A DNA stretch of 64,000 bases from the IMG/VR virus record IMGVR_UViG_3300021387_000118, positions 77,168-141,167 of that record. One strand, 5' to 3'. Positions 44,094 through 53,516 of the stretch are shown one piece after another. This DNA comes from a virus. The notes under the pieces are model-generated. The model was not told the origin of the DNA. It did no database searches and was given only the letters and a program-made list of their open reading frames with translations. The position numbers were made by a program, and so were the translations under genes. The first letter of the stretch is position 1; each line of letters opens with the position of its first letter.

Positions 44094-44793
44094 GTCACCC
44101 GTCAACCACTACGAAGTAGTCACCCCGGCAACGCCGATGCCCGATAGGGTATCGAAGGGAAGAGCGAAGCCATTCGGGAGCAAACCCGGAACACCAAACA
44201 AAAACCCGGTACACCGCTAGACCGTTACAGTAACGCAAGTGCCCATTTGCAGGAGCGTGACAAGAGCAGACGCAAGCGAGTTTTCCCCCTAGTACGTGGA
44301 AAAGGGGCGCGAAGAAGGAGCGATGCGAGAAGAACACAGCCCCGACCGGATGAGTCCCATTTGACAAGGCCGAACCCCACCCGAAACAATAGACCGGCTT
44401 ATGTAAGACCATAGCAGTGATTCACTGCGAGGTTGAGTGCTTCACTTGACCGTTAGCATGGCAGTAAGACGAGAAGAGGAACGGATCGCACTATTGCGAA
44501 ACCTGAAAAGCGCATTGAATGAGATATCACCCCCTGCAGGGGAATGATCAAATTCACGTTGTGGCATGATACGAGCGAAAAACGCCGTCACCCATGACAA
44601 CGAAAAAATAAACCCTTTTCCAGTTTGGCTGGGTTTGCCCGGATTGCGTGAGTTCCGCAATGGTCAGAAACTGGAGCCGTGGAACGTCCCGGAATTGTCA
44701 CCCGGTGAACGCCTGATCAATTCAGACGCTGACCGGGGAACAGTTCCCCTGAACCATTATTCAGAGCGCATAAATGCGCAGAAAGGACGAGAC
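44094..44793 (+). ncRNA. GC-rich hairpin-dense non-coding element (candidate large structured RNA / regulatory leader)
   Basis: About 55% GC in an AT-rich genome. No plausible ORF (the antisense ORFs look spurious). Many short hairpins (CUACGAAGUAG, CCCCUGCAGGGG, AUUGCG-N7-CGCAAU). 17-bp direct repeats at 44119 and 44697. Confidence 0.35.
44766..44779. promoter_or_regulatory. perfect palindrome GCGCATAAATGCGC (operator candidate)
   Basis: Lies 15 nt upstream of the SD of the first early gene. Confidence 0.4.
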
Positions 44794-45663
44794 ATGAAGA
44801 AAGAGTTTAAGAGTACAGAGATCACCTGCAGATTTAATAACCTGCTTAACCCGGAACAGATCGAAAAGGCTACAAATCTTGTAGCATTCAAGATCAGGAC
44901 ATCCGAACTTGAGACACTGACAGGGGATAAAGATTACAGGAGTTATCTTGAATTGCTTTCAAGTAGCTATCCCGGTGTTGAAAGTTACACGGATGCACAG
45001 ATCAAAGCCGTCACAACTACAGATTTTGACCTGTTCAAGGCACACGAAAAGCTGATTTCTGATCTCAAAGAACAGCTTGAAAAGATCCCGGTTAGCCTTG
45101 AAGACTTCAATAGTCTGACTGGTACAGACAAGAGTATCATACTTCTTGAGTGCCATAAGAACTATAAAGGCATCGGGATAGAAGTCGATGGAGACTGGAA
45201 CAAAGCAATCACAGCGTTTTTTAACTCCGGCAGTCTTTCAAAAGTCAAAGACTTGTTCAGGTCTGCTTTCAATGTCGCAGTCGGGAAGCCCGGGGAACTG
45301 TTCGCCGGGTACAAAATCCGCAAATCGGATTTTTCCGATGCTGACATAAGAAAAGCTGTCTCTCTCGCTTGTGGTGGGGCAGGTCGAACAAAGAAGAAGG
45401 TTACAGACCCGAAGACCAAGGAAAAAATCGAGAAGTTGGGCAACTATGATTGGCGGATCAAGACGGACGCCAAGACGGTTTCCCGGATCGCTTCCGAGCT
45501 TTTCGCTGTTGTGATCGAGTCAAGAGCGGACAGCCTGGAACAGATCAGACCCGAAGCAAAGCAGGAAGCCCCGAAGGAAGTCAAGCAGGACACCAAGCCC
45601 GAAACCCCGAAGCAGGAGCAGAAGAAGCAGGAAGCACCCAAGAAGGACAAAACCACGAAGTAA
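44794..45663 (+). CDS. early hypothetical protein with KE-rich C-terminal tail
   Basis: AAAGGA SD ahead of the internal ATG. The annotated upstream extension lies over the GC-rich element and lacks an RBS. Confidence 0.5.
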   Translation: MKKEFKSTEITCRFNNLLNPEQIEKATNLVAFKIRTSELETLTGDKDYRSYLELLSSSYPGVESYTDAQIKAVTTTDFDLFKAHEKLISDLKEQLEKIPVSLEDFNSLTGTDKSIILLECHKNYKGIGIEVDGDWNKAITAFFNSGSLSKVKDLFRSAFNVAVGKPGELFAGYKIRKSDFSDADIRKAVSLACGGAGRTKKKVTDPKTKEKIEKLGNYDWRIKTDAKTVSRIASELFAVVIESRADSLEQIRPEAKQEAPKEVKQDTKPETPKQEQKKQEAPKKDKTTK

Positions 45664-45742
45664 AACCCACACACCCCCGGCGGGATATCCTGCCGGGGAT
45701 GCATCCCGGAAGCCGTAACCGGGTAAACAACAGCTTGAGAAC

Positions 45743-45913
45743 ATGAAAAAATGGGAGTGCTTTAATATTACTGTTGTCGAAGGTAACAGCGTGTATCCCA
45801 ACGCTTGCGTGTGGGATACAGTCCACCAGTCCGAGCAGATTGAAACCATTCGCCGGGACGGCGTGTGGATTGACGAGGACGGTGTGGAATACGTCTTCGG
45901 AGATAACGACTAA
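45743..45913 (+). CDS. small hypothetical protein (56 aa)
   Basis: Hand-translated. Conserved leader AACAACAGCTTGAGAACATGA. Confidence 0.4.
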   Translation: MKKWECFNITVVEGNSVYPNACVWDTVHQSEQIETIRRDGVWIDEDGVEYVFGDND

Positions 45914-45938
45914 AAGAGCGCTGATGCGCTCTTTTTTT
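45914..45938 (+). terminator. rho-independent terminator
   Basis: AGAGCGC-UGAU-GCGCUCU followed by U7. Confidence 0.6.
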
Positions 45939-46079
45939 ATTGCCTTTTTTTTATGATTGAGTTTTTTATATAAATCATCGCATTTATATAAAAACCTGAA
46001 CCATAAAAATATTTTTCCGGGGAGTATTTGCACGTCATTTTTAATGCGTCATTAAATAACCCCCGGCAGGAGGTATGTT

Positions 46080-46280
46080 ATGAAAAGATTTAACATCCAA
46101 GTGATGATTGGCAAAGAAATCATGCGTCAGGATCATGATTTCGCCATGAAATCAGACGAGGCAGTATTTAGCAGAGTTATTGACCATGTTGAAAACAAGT
46201 ATAATGGCGACGTTATCAGTTTTACGGTAGAACTTCCGATTTATGTTACTGAAGCGCTCGCATGGATTAAGACGAAGTAA
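46080..46280 (+). CDS. hypothetical protein
   Basis: GGAGGT as SD. Confidence 0.5.
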   Translation: MKRFNIQVMIGKEIMRQDHDFAMKSDEAVFSRVIDHVENKYNGDVISFTVELPIYVTEALAWIKTK

Positions 46281-46294
46281 TCGGGAGGCATACT

Positions 46295-46855
46295 ATGAAA
46301 GAATATTGCAAAATTGCAACCGCTTACGGGCAGACTATGCCCGGTTTCCCGGTTCGCCGGGGAGCGGTTTATGGTAAAAATTCCGGGAGGCTTTTCGTTT
46401 GCGAGAATTTCGCGGGCTTCCCGGAGGCGTTGCATGTTTACATTAGTCGCGATAATGGCAAACGCTGGGACAGGGAAAAAATCAACCCGGACAACAAGAT
46501 TTTCCGGGCAATCGCTGACACAATCGGCGGTAAAGTTCCGACACTCGGAACATTCACTGACCCGGAAGCAGGACGTAACAAGGTTGTTGGGCAGCCCCGG
46601 TTGCGCTCACCGCAGAGAGATTATATGCGGTACCGGGATACTAACTATCAGATCCGCAAGACTCAGCTTGATAATGCTGACGCAGGATCTGGAGTAGTAC
46701 GCAATCATGAAGCGTATTACTCGGTTGTACACAAAGACATGATGCGTCCGGGCGTAAACAATCCGTTGTTTGCGGATCGCCCGGAGCCGTTCACAAGCAA
46801 CCCGGTAGAAGTCAACAGGAAATACCGGGAAAAACTGGACAACAGGAAAAAATGA
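46295..46855 (+). CDS. hypothetical protein
   Basis: 186 aa with GGGAGG as SD. Confidence 0.5.
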   Translation: MKEYCKIATAYGQTMPGFPVRRGAVYGKNSGRLFVCENFAGFPEALHVYISRDNGKRWDREKINPDNKIFRAIADTIGGKVPTLGTFTDPEAGRNKVVGQPRLRSPQRDYMRYRDTNYQIRKTQLDNADAGSGVVRNHEAYYSVVHKDMMRPGVNNPLFADRPEPFTSNPVEVNRKYREKLDNRKK

Positions 46856-46877
46856 CCGGTTCGCCGGTCTTTTTTTA
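46854..46877 (+). terminator. rho-independent terminator
   Basis: GACCGG-UUCG-CCGGUC followed by U7. Confidence 0.6.
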
Positions 46878-46879
46878 TG

Positions 46880-47367
46880 CTCGAAAGTAGGTGATACAAA
46901 TAATGTATATGCGCCACATTTTTAACCAAAGCGCATAACCGTCTGATGTGCGCTATGACACAAATAACCGTCGGCGGTGCTAGGTTACTGCATAGTGTAA
47001 CACGCACTATACCATGTTGCGTAAGGGCACGGAGTGTTTCTCCTTATAAGTCCCGACATGGTTACGTGAGAAAACACGGCATAAAAATCCGCGATGTCTG
47101 GTAAACATCGTGTTAAATTCCCTGAGTGTGCAATTACCAGTTGCACATATTATTTAAGGCGTTGGGTTGCGTTGCTGCAGGATTTACCACGATCCTAGCG
47201 GTGTAAAATCTGCGTGAGGTGGTACTCACAATGATCACGGATTATCTTTTAGCCATGCATACGGGGATAAGTTTATACCATGATTGAGCGCATAACTTCG
47301 GTTGTGCGCTTTATTGATGTTATAAATTCATCGCAGAAGCTGACTGCGTTAACAACAGCTTAAAAAC
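46880..47367. promoter_or_regulatory. 488-bp non-coding control region with inverted repeats
   Basis: AGCGCAUAAC..UGUGCGCU hairpins at 46930..46954 and 47287..47310. TGTGCAA-N7-TTGCACA at 47127..47147. Confidence 0.4.
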
Positions 47368-47691
47368 ATGACAATTAAAAACTTAACCCCTCACGCTATC
47401 AACTTCGTCAATGCGGACGGGACTCAGCTACTCGCTGTCGAACCGTCCGGCACAATCGCCAGAGTAACCGCAACCACAGTTACCGTCGGAGAGATCGACG
47501 GCATCCCGGTCACAAGGTCGGAGTATTCCGACGTGACGGGGCTTCCGGCTCCGGAGGACGGTGTTGTTTACGTTGTCTCTTCTCTTGTTGCACAGAGATG
47601 TGCTGACAGGGACGACGTATTCATCCCGAACGAGTCAGTTAGGGATGATCAGGGACGCATCATTGGATGCAAGTCCCTAGGAAGGGTGTAA
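47368..47691 (+). CDS. hypothetical protein
   Basis: 107 aa. Conserved leader AACAACAGCTTAAAAACATGA. Confidence 0.5.
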   Translation: MTIKNLTPHAINFVNADGTQLLAVEPSGTIARVTATTVTVGEIDGIPVTRSEYSDVTGLPAPEDGVVYVVSSLVAQRCADRDDVFIPNESVRDDQGRIIGCKSLGRV

Positions 47692-47796
47692 TAGATTGCA
47701 TGTAACCCATTAACCGCCCACAACTACGACGGGGACTGACAAAGTGGGTCATAACCGTTGGATAGGGTCAAAACGTGCCGGAAGGAGAGTGATCAA

Positions 47797-48045
47797 ATGG
47801 CACGAAAGATAGTTACCAGAGGCGAGGGTATCCGTATCCTCGCCGAGGCTAAACACGAGATGAAGTTTAGCCGAACGGCGGATGAAGCAAGTTATGCATT
47901 CCGCAGAGCGTGTAAGTATCAGGGACTCGTTAATCCGCATTACTGCGGGTCCCGTAGTTGCGAGAGTTGCTCGATACATCGGATGTATAACGAGCAGTTG
48001 AGCAAGATAGCATTTATTAATAACATATTAAAAGAGGAGGAATAA
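47797..48045 (+). CDS. hypothetical protein (Cys-rich C-terminus)
   Basis: GGAAGGAG SD ahead of the internal ATG. Confidence 0.45.
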   Translation: MARKIVTRGEGIRILAEAKHEMKFSRTADEASYAFRRACKYQGLVNPHYCGSRSCESCSIHRMYNEQLSKIAFINNILKEEE

Positions 48046-48049
48046 AATC

Positions 48050-48400
48050 ATGACCGAGAATACAAAAAATATTATCTGCGCCATTGGCGCAACAATTTGT
48101 GGAGTTATTGCCCTGAGTGTTCCATCATGGGCAGATGTCCAGATCCCTGATGGGATCTACCCGACGACAGTCAAGATCATCGACATTTCCGATGTCGAAG
48201 TGATTGACGGAGTCGCAGTTACTGAAGTAACCGGATCAGACGTTTGCGGTCGTACCTATTCATGGTACGACGATGCTGACGATCTATTTATAGGTGACTT
48301 GATGGCGCTAATCATGCTTGATGAGTATGAAACGCCTGATAATGTTCTCGACGATCTGGTGATTGATGCCAGATACGTCGGAACCGCTGACATGTTCTAA
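48050..48400 (+). CDS. secreted/membrane-anchored small protein
   Basis: N-terminal hydrophobic signal-like segment followed by an acidic domain. GAGGAGG as SD. Confidence 0.5.
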   Translation: MTENTKNIICAIGATICGVIALSVPSWADVQIPDGIYPTTVKIIDISDVEVIDGVAVTEVTGSDVCGRTYSWYDDADDLFIGDLMALIMLDEYETPDNVLDDLVIDARYVGTADMF

Positions 48401-48419
48401 AATATTAAGGAGGCAGGAA

Positions 48420-48629
48420 TTGTTTACAATTTGGAATTTAAATACTCATGCTGTAGTCTTTAGGACTAATAATCTTGAAGATGCAATAACAAAATTTAAT
48501 CTGTATCGAGTATTTCAGTCATACGCTCTTGAAGCGTATGATCAGTTCTTCGGTACCGATTACTTGTACGAAATGGAGTATTTTAGAACGGCTCTCGCCA
48601 GAGCTGAGAGGAGGTGTAACCATGCATGA
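48420..48629 (+). CDS. hypothetical protein (TTG start)
   Basis: AAGGAGG sits 7 nt upstream of the TTG. Confidence 0.35.
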   Translation: MFTIWNLNTHAVVFRTNNLEDAITKFNLYRVFQSYALEAYDQFFGTDYLYEMEYFRTALARAERRCNHA

Positions 48630-48873
48630 TGCATCATGGAGCCAAATCCTGAGCGCCATTCAGGAGCGCTACGGAAATAAGTGACCCAACAACGCAAACC
48701 TGTATCATGAGCAACTGAGGCGTGAGGTTTGGTAATTAACCAACGGCGTTTTTTGATTAAGGCAAATTGATACGTGGATTGCATTATACAACTTAATATC
48801 AGATTAAGCCCATAACCGGAAATCGGGTTGTGGGTTTTATTGTGCTATTAAATTGTATTCATGGAGGTGAAGT

Positions 48874-49245
48874 ATGAGAAAAGTAGAAAACAAAATTGTC
48901 TATACGTCCACATGGACAAAGGGAACTAAACTCTGCCGTGTCCACAGCGAGCGGGAATCCGGTGATCGAGTCGCCAAGTTCTGGTTTACAGGCTGGAACC
49001 CGTTCCCGTGTATGTATATGACATCAACCGCCAAATGTGTTACCAAATGGCTGATTGATAACGGCTGGACAAGAGAAGTCTGCGCCAGAATTTCCTGGAC
49101 ACATAATGTGATTGATGATTGCACCGGAGAGGTGCTCGATCATTCTGTTTCTGTATACAGCTACATTCCCGTAAGGGAAACCGCACCGGAGGAGGAACTG
49201 GAGTTCGTCGAAGTACTTGAAGATGACGAGGATGATTTTATGTAA
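48874..49245 (+). CDS. hypothetical protein
   Basis: GGAGGTG as SD. Confidence 0.5.
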   Translation: MRKVENKIVYTSTWTKGTKLCRVHSERESGDRVAKFWFTGWNPFPCMYMTSTAKCVTKWLIDNGWTREVCARISWTHNVIDDCTGEVLDHSVSVYSYIPVRETAPEEELEFVEVLEDDEDDFM

Positions 49246-49329
49246 TTTATAGTTAGATCATTGCCCACAAGGGAAATCCTTTGTGGGTTTTTATGTAACT
49301 ATAAAATTAATACACGGAGGGAAAATAAT

Positions 49330-50142
49330 ATGAATCGTGCAATGGAAATCTATTTTGCTCTTGAAGGTATCAACCACGGAAACCGCCAGTGCGAAGAGAA
49401 ATATGCACTGGATGAGGTGCTTGACACAAGCGAAACCAGTAAGGGAACTCGCCGTCCTGGAGATCGTGCATCTCGACGTAAGGCAACTGCACACAAGAAA
49501 AACGCACTCGGACGCAAGTTCCGCTATGCGAACGAATATATTAACGCCTATTTCGTAAAGGGAAACGGGCAGACTCGCTGGATTGACGACATCATCAAGG
49601 AAAACGCCTGGGATGAGTTCGACTCCATTGATTGGAACAAGGTAAAAGGAATTAACCCGAAGAATTGTGGGTATAAGCAGTATAACAAGCGTCCCGAACT
49701 GATCAAGTCCCGTTATAACGCAAGGGAAATCTGCCGAAAGTATTCCGATGCAGATGATCGCGCTATTAACAAGGCGTGGGCGGAATATTATCGCGACATG
49801 GAAGACAGATGGATTGATGAAGACGATTACGATCCGGTCTGCAATCCCTGGGGGTACACCGAGGAAGAGAAACGGAAAATTGATACTAATCATCTCCACG
49901 GAGATTTTGATCATGTCGCAACGGAAATGATATACGAGGATTATCACAATCCGGGATATCTTGATGATGATGATTACGAGTATTATGGTTACGATCCCTA
50001 TCAGTCTGCGATTGATGACAGGGAAGAGGCATGGGCTGCCATCGCCGATCTCGAAAAGGAAATCGCCCGTTACAAAGATTTCCTCGGCGAGTTCAACTTG
50101 ACCACGCTCTATGAGCGTTGGTTAGCCGACAACAATTCATAA
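49330..50142 (+). CDS. hypothetical protein, acidic Tyr-rich C-terminus
   Basis: GGAGGG SD ahead of the internal ATG. Confidence 0.5.
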   Translation: MNRAMEIYFALEGINHGNRQCEEKYALDEVLDTSETSKGTRRPGDRASRRKATAHKKNALGRKFRYANEYINAYFVKGNGQTRWIDDIIKENAWDEFDSIDWNKVKGINPKNCGYKQYNKRPELIKSRYNAREICRKYSDADDRAINKAWAEYYRDMEDRWIDEDDYDPVCNPWGYTEEEKRKIDTNHLHGDFDHVATEMIYEDYHNPGYLDDDDYEYYGYDPYQSAIDDREEAWAAIADLEKEIARYKDFLGEFNLTTLYERWLADNNS

Positions 50143-50216
50143 TCAGACTATGCCGTTAAGGGAAACCTTGGCGGTATAGATGTGACTATGAGTTAGCAAA
50201 TATTAAGGAGGCAAAC

Positions 50217-50927
50217 ATGGGAAAAACATTATATTTTGAAGGTGCCGGATGTGAAGGTACCAACGTAAATGATGTCGAGAATTGCCGGATCAGAACGGCG
50301 TTCCGCACCGATGATGGAAGGGAATTTTATCTGGAACTCATGAGCGGATGTGAAAACTACCGTCCGAATGATATTCCGTGGAATTTATATGGAATTCCTC
50401 GCCAGAAAAAGAAAAGCGGATGGAGTGATTACATCCAGTTCTCCAACATGATAATCGTTGACTTCTGCTTCGAGATCCATGACGGAAACGGAGATTGCAA
50501 TAGTTTTCGGCACGAGATCGAGCGCAAGAGGACTGCGTTGCCTTACACAAAGGCAAATATTCTCCGGCTAGTCAATGAAAACCTCAATTGTAGTTTTGCA
50601 GATGTTGTGATTCTTCCGTGGCTTTCCGGCTACAGAGTTCATTCGGGAGATCCGAAACGGAAATACAATCTGATGGATGACTATGTGGATATACCCGCAA
50701 GAACTGCGGAACGAAACCGGATTTACCACGAAGAAGCGAAACGGTATTTCGAAAAGATTTACCGTCAGCACATCAAGGCAAACCCGCGAGCTGCAAGACT
50801 TATGAGTAACTATGAAACGTGGAGTCTGGTGAAGTACACAGACAAAACGATCACAATCAGATCTCACACATATAGTGAACTGATTGATGATGATCAGAGA
50901 GTTCATACATTTAGAGTTAAATATTAA
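50217..50927 (+). CDS. hypothetical protein
   Basis: 236 aa with AAGGAGG as SD. Confidence 0.5.
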   Translation: MGKTLYFEGAGCEGTNVNDVENCRIRTAFRTDDGREFYLELMSGCENYRPNDIPWNLYGIPRQKKKSGWSDYIQFSNMIIVDFCFEIHDGNGDCNSFRHEIERKRTALPYTKANILRLVNENLNCSFADVVILPWLSGYRVHSGDPKRKYNLMDDYVDIPARTAERNRIYHEEAKRYFEKIYRQHIKANPRAARLMSNYETWSLVKYTDKTITIRSHTYSELIDDDQRVHTFRVKY

Positions 50928-50940
50928 AGGAGGTACGACT

Positions 50941-51183
50941 ATGACAGGAAAACAAAAGGAAATTATCGCGGACAATCTGCGAGCGTTTACCCATAACTTC
51001 GGGGATGTTCGCATTGAAAAGGAAGATTACGGAAAGGGATTTTATGTATTTTATCCAGCCGACTCCACAAGTTGGATTCAGTTCTGCTATGACATTAACT
51101 ACCTGAACGGATGGCTTTATGGAGTAGTTCAGGGAGTAGTCCGAGGTGAGTTCAAAGAGAAAAGAAAGGAGGTGGACTCATGA
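50941..51183 (+). CDS. hypothetical protein
   Basis: AAAGGAGG as SD. Confidence 0.45.
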   Translation: MTGKQKEIIADNLRAFTHNFGDVRIEKEDYGKGFYVFYPADSTSWIQFCYDINYLNGWLYGVVQGVVRGEFKEKRKEVDS

Positions 51184-51359
51184 AGGTAACAATCAAATAC
51201 AACGTTCCCATTGGCGATTTCCGCGCCATTGAACGGAAAGAGACTTTCCATGCTATCAGTTCGTGGGAAGTGCCTGGAACATCACTTGTCTATTTCAAAA
51301 CAGATCGTTTCAATGTACGATCTGTGGCGAAGGACGAGATCGTAAGTATCGAAAATTAA
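51180..51359 (+). CDS. hypothetical protein (59 aa)
   Basis: Overlapping ATGA junction. AAGGAGG as SD. Confidence 0.4.
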   Translation: MKVTIKYNVPIGDFRAIERKETFHAISSWEVPGTSLVYFKTDRFNVRSVAKDEIVSIEN

Positions 51360-51431
51360 CAACTGAATATTGAATTATTAACAAAGCGAAAACAATTTTA
51401 TTATTTATTAAAGAAAGGTTGGTGTTACATT

Positions 51432-52049
51432 ATGATGAACAGCAAAGATATGATGAAGAAGATGGTTAAGGAGTTCGGTTTTGATGCAGTAAAGGAACTG
51501 GCTGCGCGTATGCAGGAAGAGATCAAAAGGGAAGAGCAGCAGTACAAAAGCATCATACCCACTTCCCGTTATGGAGCCAACGGAAAGACAGTAGAGTTTC
51601 CCGATTGGGTCAAAGAAACTGTTGACCGGGTTGTCTCTGAGCTGGGCATAACCATTACCAAGAAGGGAGATGGAAATTCTCAAAATCTTGCCGTTACAAA
51701 CGAGCAGTTTGCTCTGTACATTGCATATACTTGCAATGATGACGGGAGAACCCTCAGAACGGTACTGGAAATCCTGATGTCTGCTCCGGCATGGTGCAAG
51801 GGATATGGCATGACCAGATCTCGTATGGAACTGGTATTCCATATCCTGGTACTGCATAAGGATGCTAGGGTTGCAAGCGAACTGAAATCGTTCCTTGCAA
51901 AGTACGATCCTACTTCGCTCAAGGTGTTTGCCAACGCAGATGAAGCATTCAGGCACACCCTGAACCATGAGTGCCAGATGATTGCTTTCACCGAAAGGGA
52001 AATCTGCAAGGCAATCGGCGATAGTATGCGGTTTGAGTACGCTGCATAA
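51432..52049 (+). CDS. hypothetical protein
   Basis: 205 aa. Confidence 0.5.
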   Translation: MMNSKDMMKKMVKEFGFDAVKELAARMQEEIKREEQQYKSIIPTSRYGANGKTVEFPDWVKETVDRVVSELGITITKKGDGNSQNLAVTNEQFALYIAYTCNDDGRTLRTVLEILMSAPAWCKGYGMTRSRMELVFHILVLHKDARVASELKSFLAKYDPTSLKVFANADEAFRHTLNHECQMIAFTEREICKAIGDSMRFEYAA

Positions 52050-52178
52050 TATCATTCATGCCCATATACACAGCCCACAACTCAACCGCAGTTGTGGGTT
52101 GCAATATGGTTATGAATAATAAAATATTAACCATTGACAAATAAGAAAAAGTATGTGCATAATACAGAAAGGAAAATT

Positions 52179-52544
52179 ATGATGACGATTCGTAATGCTT
52201 TAGATCGTGGCGCAAGAACAATCTATCTTAATAACGGAACTCAAATTATCCATCTTGATCACGGACAGACGTGGGATGCGGTTTGCCCGCCGAAAAAGAT
52301 AAATGGAACTTACCGTTACAGATGGATCTTTTGCCAGATAACCAGAAATCGCGGGCTTGAATACGAAGACATTCTTTACGGAATGGATAAATATCAAGGC
52401 AAAGATAGGCTCTGTTTTACGACAGACGATGCTATTTTTGGTTTTGATTTTATTCTTTCCGAAAGGGATATGAACCGCTACATTAGCTTGTGCGGTGGTA
52501 TTGATGAATACCGTACAGGTTACTGGTGCAATGGTTGGAATTAA
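52179..52544 (+). CDS. hypothetical protein
   Basis: AAAGGAAA as SD. Confidence 0.45.
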   Translation: MMTIRNALDRGARTIYLNNGTQIIHLDHGQTWDAVCPPKKINGTYRYRWIFCQITRNRGLEYEDILYGMDKYQGKDRLCFTTDDAIFGFDFILSERDMNRYISLCGGIDEYRTGYWCNGWN

Positions 52545-52561
52545 AGCGAAAGGAGAACGCT

Positions 52562-52816
52562 ATGGATTGTATGTTTATTGAAAAATGGATGCTTGATGTC
52601 CACGCAGAACATCATGATACGGAGATAATTGGTCAGATGGTTGTAGACGCTCTTGGTATTAAAAGCAGATGTGAAGTGTTTTGCAAATGTAAATCATTTC
52701 CAGATTGTTACAACGTAGGTTGGACTACATCATTTGGAGAAACATATATGGAAACAATTCCTTATGAGCGAATTATTAACGCCATAAGGAAATTAAAATA
52801 TGAGAAAGTGATGTAA
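52562..52816 (+). CDS. hypothetical protein
   Basis: AAAGGAGA as SD. Confidence 0.45.
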   Translation: MDCMFIEKWMLDVHAEHHDTEIIGQMVVDALGIKSRCEVFCKCKSFPDCYNVGWTTSFGETYMETIPYERIINAIRKLKYEKVM

Positions 52817-52832
52817 GCGAAAGGAGATCAAG

Positions 52833-53006
52833 ATGAAAAATAAAAAAGGTTGGCGAAGAGAACTTCTGAGAAACACAAACGGGTTTTGCTTACGGAAACA
52901 AACGATCATTGATATCATGGATGAAGTAGAGGCGAAAGCACAGCCTGGAACAGATGGCGAGATTCTTTATAGAAAAGCATGGCGAAAGATATTTGATATG
53001 ATTTAA
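52833..53006 (+). CDS. hypothetical protein (57 aa)
   Basis: AAAGGAGA as SD. Confidence 0.4.
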   Translation: MKNKKGWRRELLRNTNGFCLRKQTIIDIMDEVEAKAQPGTDGEILYRKAWRKIFDMI

Positions 53007-53015
53007 GGAGATATT

Positions 53016-53177
53016 ATGCAAGGAGCACACGTTGTTGAAGTTAGATTTCAGGATTTATCTAAAGAGAAACAAGAAGAAATTATGAAGATCACTAGCGGAG
53101 AACCGCTCAAAAATCCAGATAAAATTCTGGCAATAATTACAATAGTTGAAGGATTTGATTATCACAGGAGGTATTAA
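53016..53177 (+). CDS. hypothetical protein (53 aa)
   Basis: TAAGGAGA as SD. Confidence 0.4.
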   Translation: MQGAHVVEVRFQDLSKEKQEEIMKITSGEPLKNPDKILAIITIVEGFDYHRRY

Positions 53178-53178
53178 G

Positions 53179-53514
53179 ATGACGCAGAAGGAATTTGCCG
53201 AGAAATATTCTCAGGCTCAGTTAAAGGAAATCGCCCGTGATATTGCCGGATCAATTGTGATCCGCGACTATGTGAACGGAAATTCCCGTGATACCCGCAG
53301 AGAAACGACCGCAACGGAAAAAGAAATCATTAGCAAGATTGCCTATGGTGCAATGATTGCTTACAGTTTTAGAAGCAACGGTGGGTCGATTGATTCGATC
53401 CTTGATGTTGCTGAGTTTACACTTTTACAGTTTATTCCTGAAGCAAATGTTTATGACACTATCTATCTTCCGCTCCGCAAGGTAACGGAAACTAGCAATT
53501 GGAAAGGGTGGTAA
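53179..53514 (+). CDS. hypothetical protein
   Basis: GGAGGT as SD. Confidence 0.45.
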   Translation: MTQKEFAEKYSQAQLKEIARDIAGSIVIRDYVNGNSRDTRRETTATEKEIISKIAYGAMIAYSFRSNGGSIDSILDVAEFTLLQFIPEANVYDTIYLPLRKVTETSNWKGW

Positions 53515-53516
53515 TT

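Noticed and set aside
44095-44660. Minus-strand ORFs 44095..44412 and 44442..44660 (and 45444..46033) in GC-rich DNA
   Set aside because: Cys/Arg/Gly/Pro-rich nonsense translations typical of GC-rich non-coding or antisense sequence. No SD. They overlap a hairpin-dense region.
44566-44793. N-terminal extension of the 365-aa ORF 44566..45663
   Set aside because: The extension covers the GC-rich structured element, lacks an RBS and is rich in rare motifs. An internal ATG at 44794 has an SD.
44094-44793. tmRNA, retron or group II intron for the GC-rich element
   Set aside because: No tRNA-like T-arm/acceptor end. No reverse transcriptase or maturase ORF nearby. No GUGYG...AY boundaries. So it is left as an unclassified structured element.
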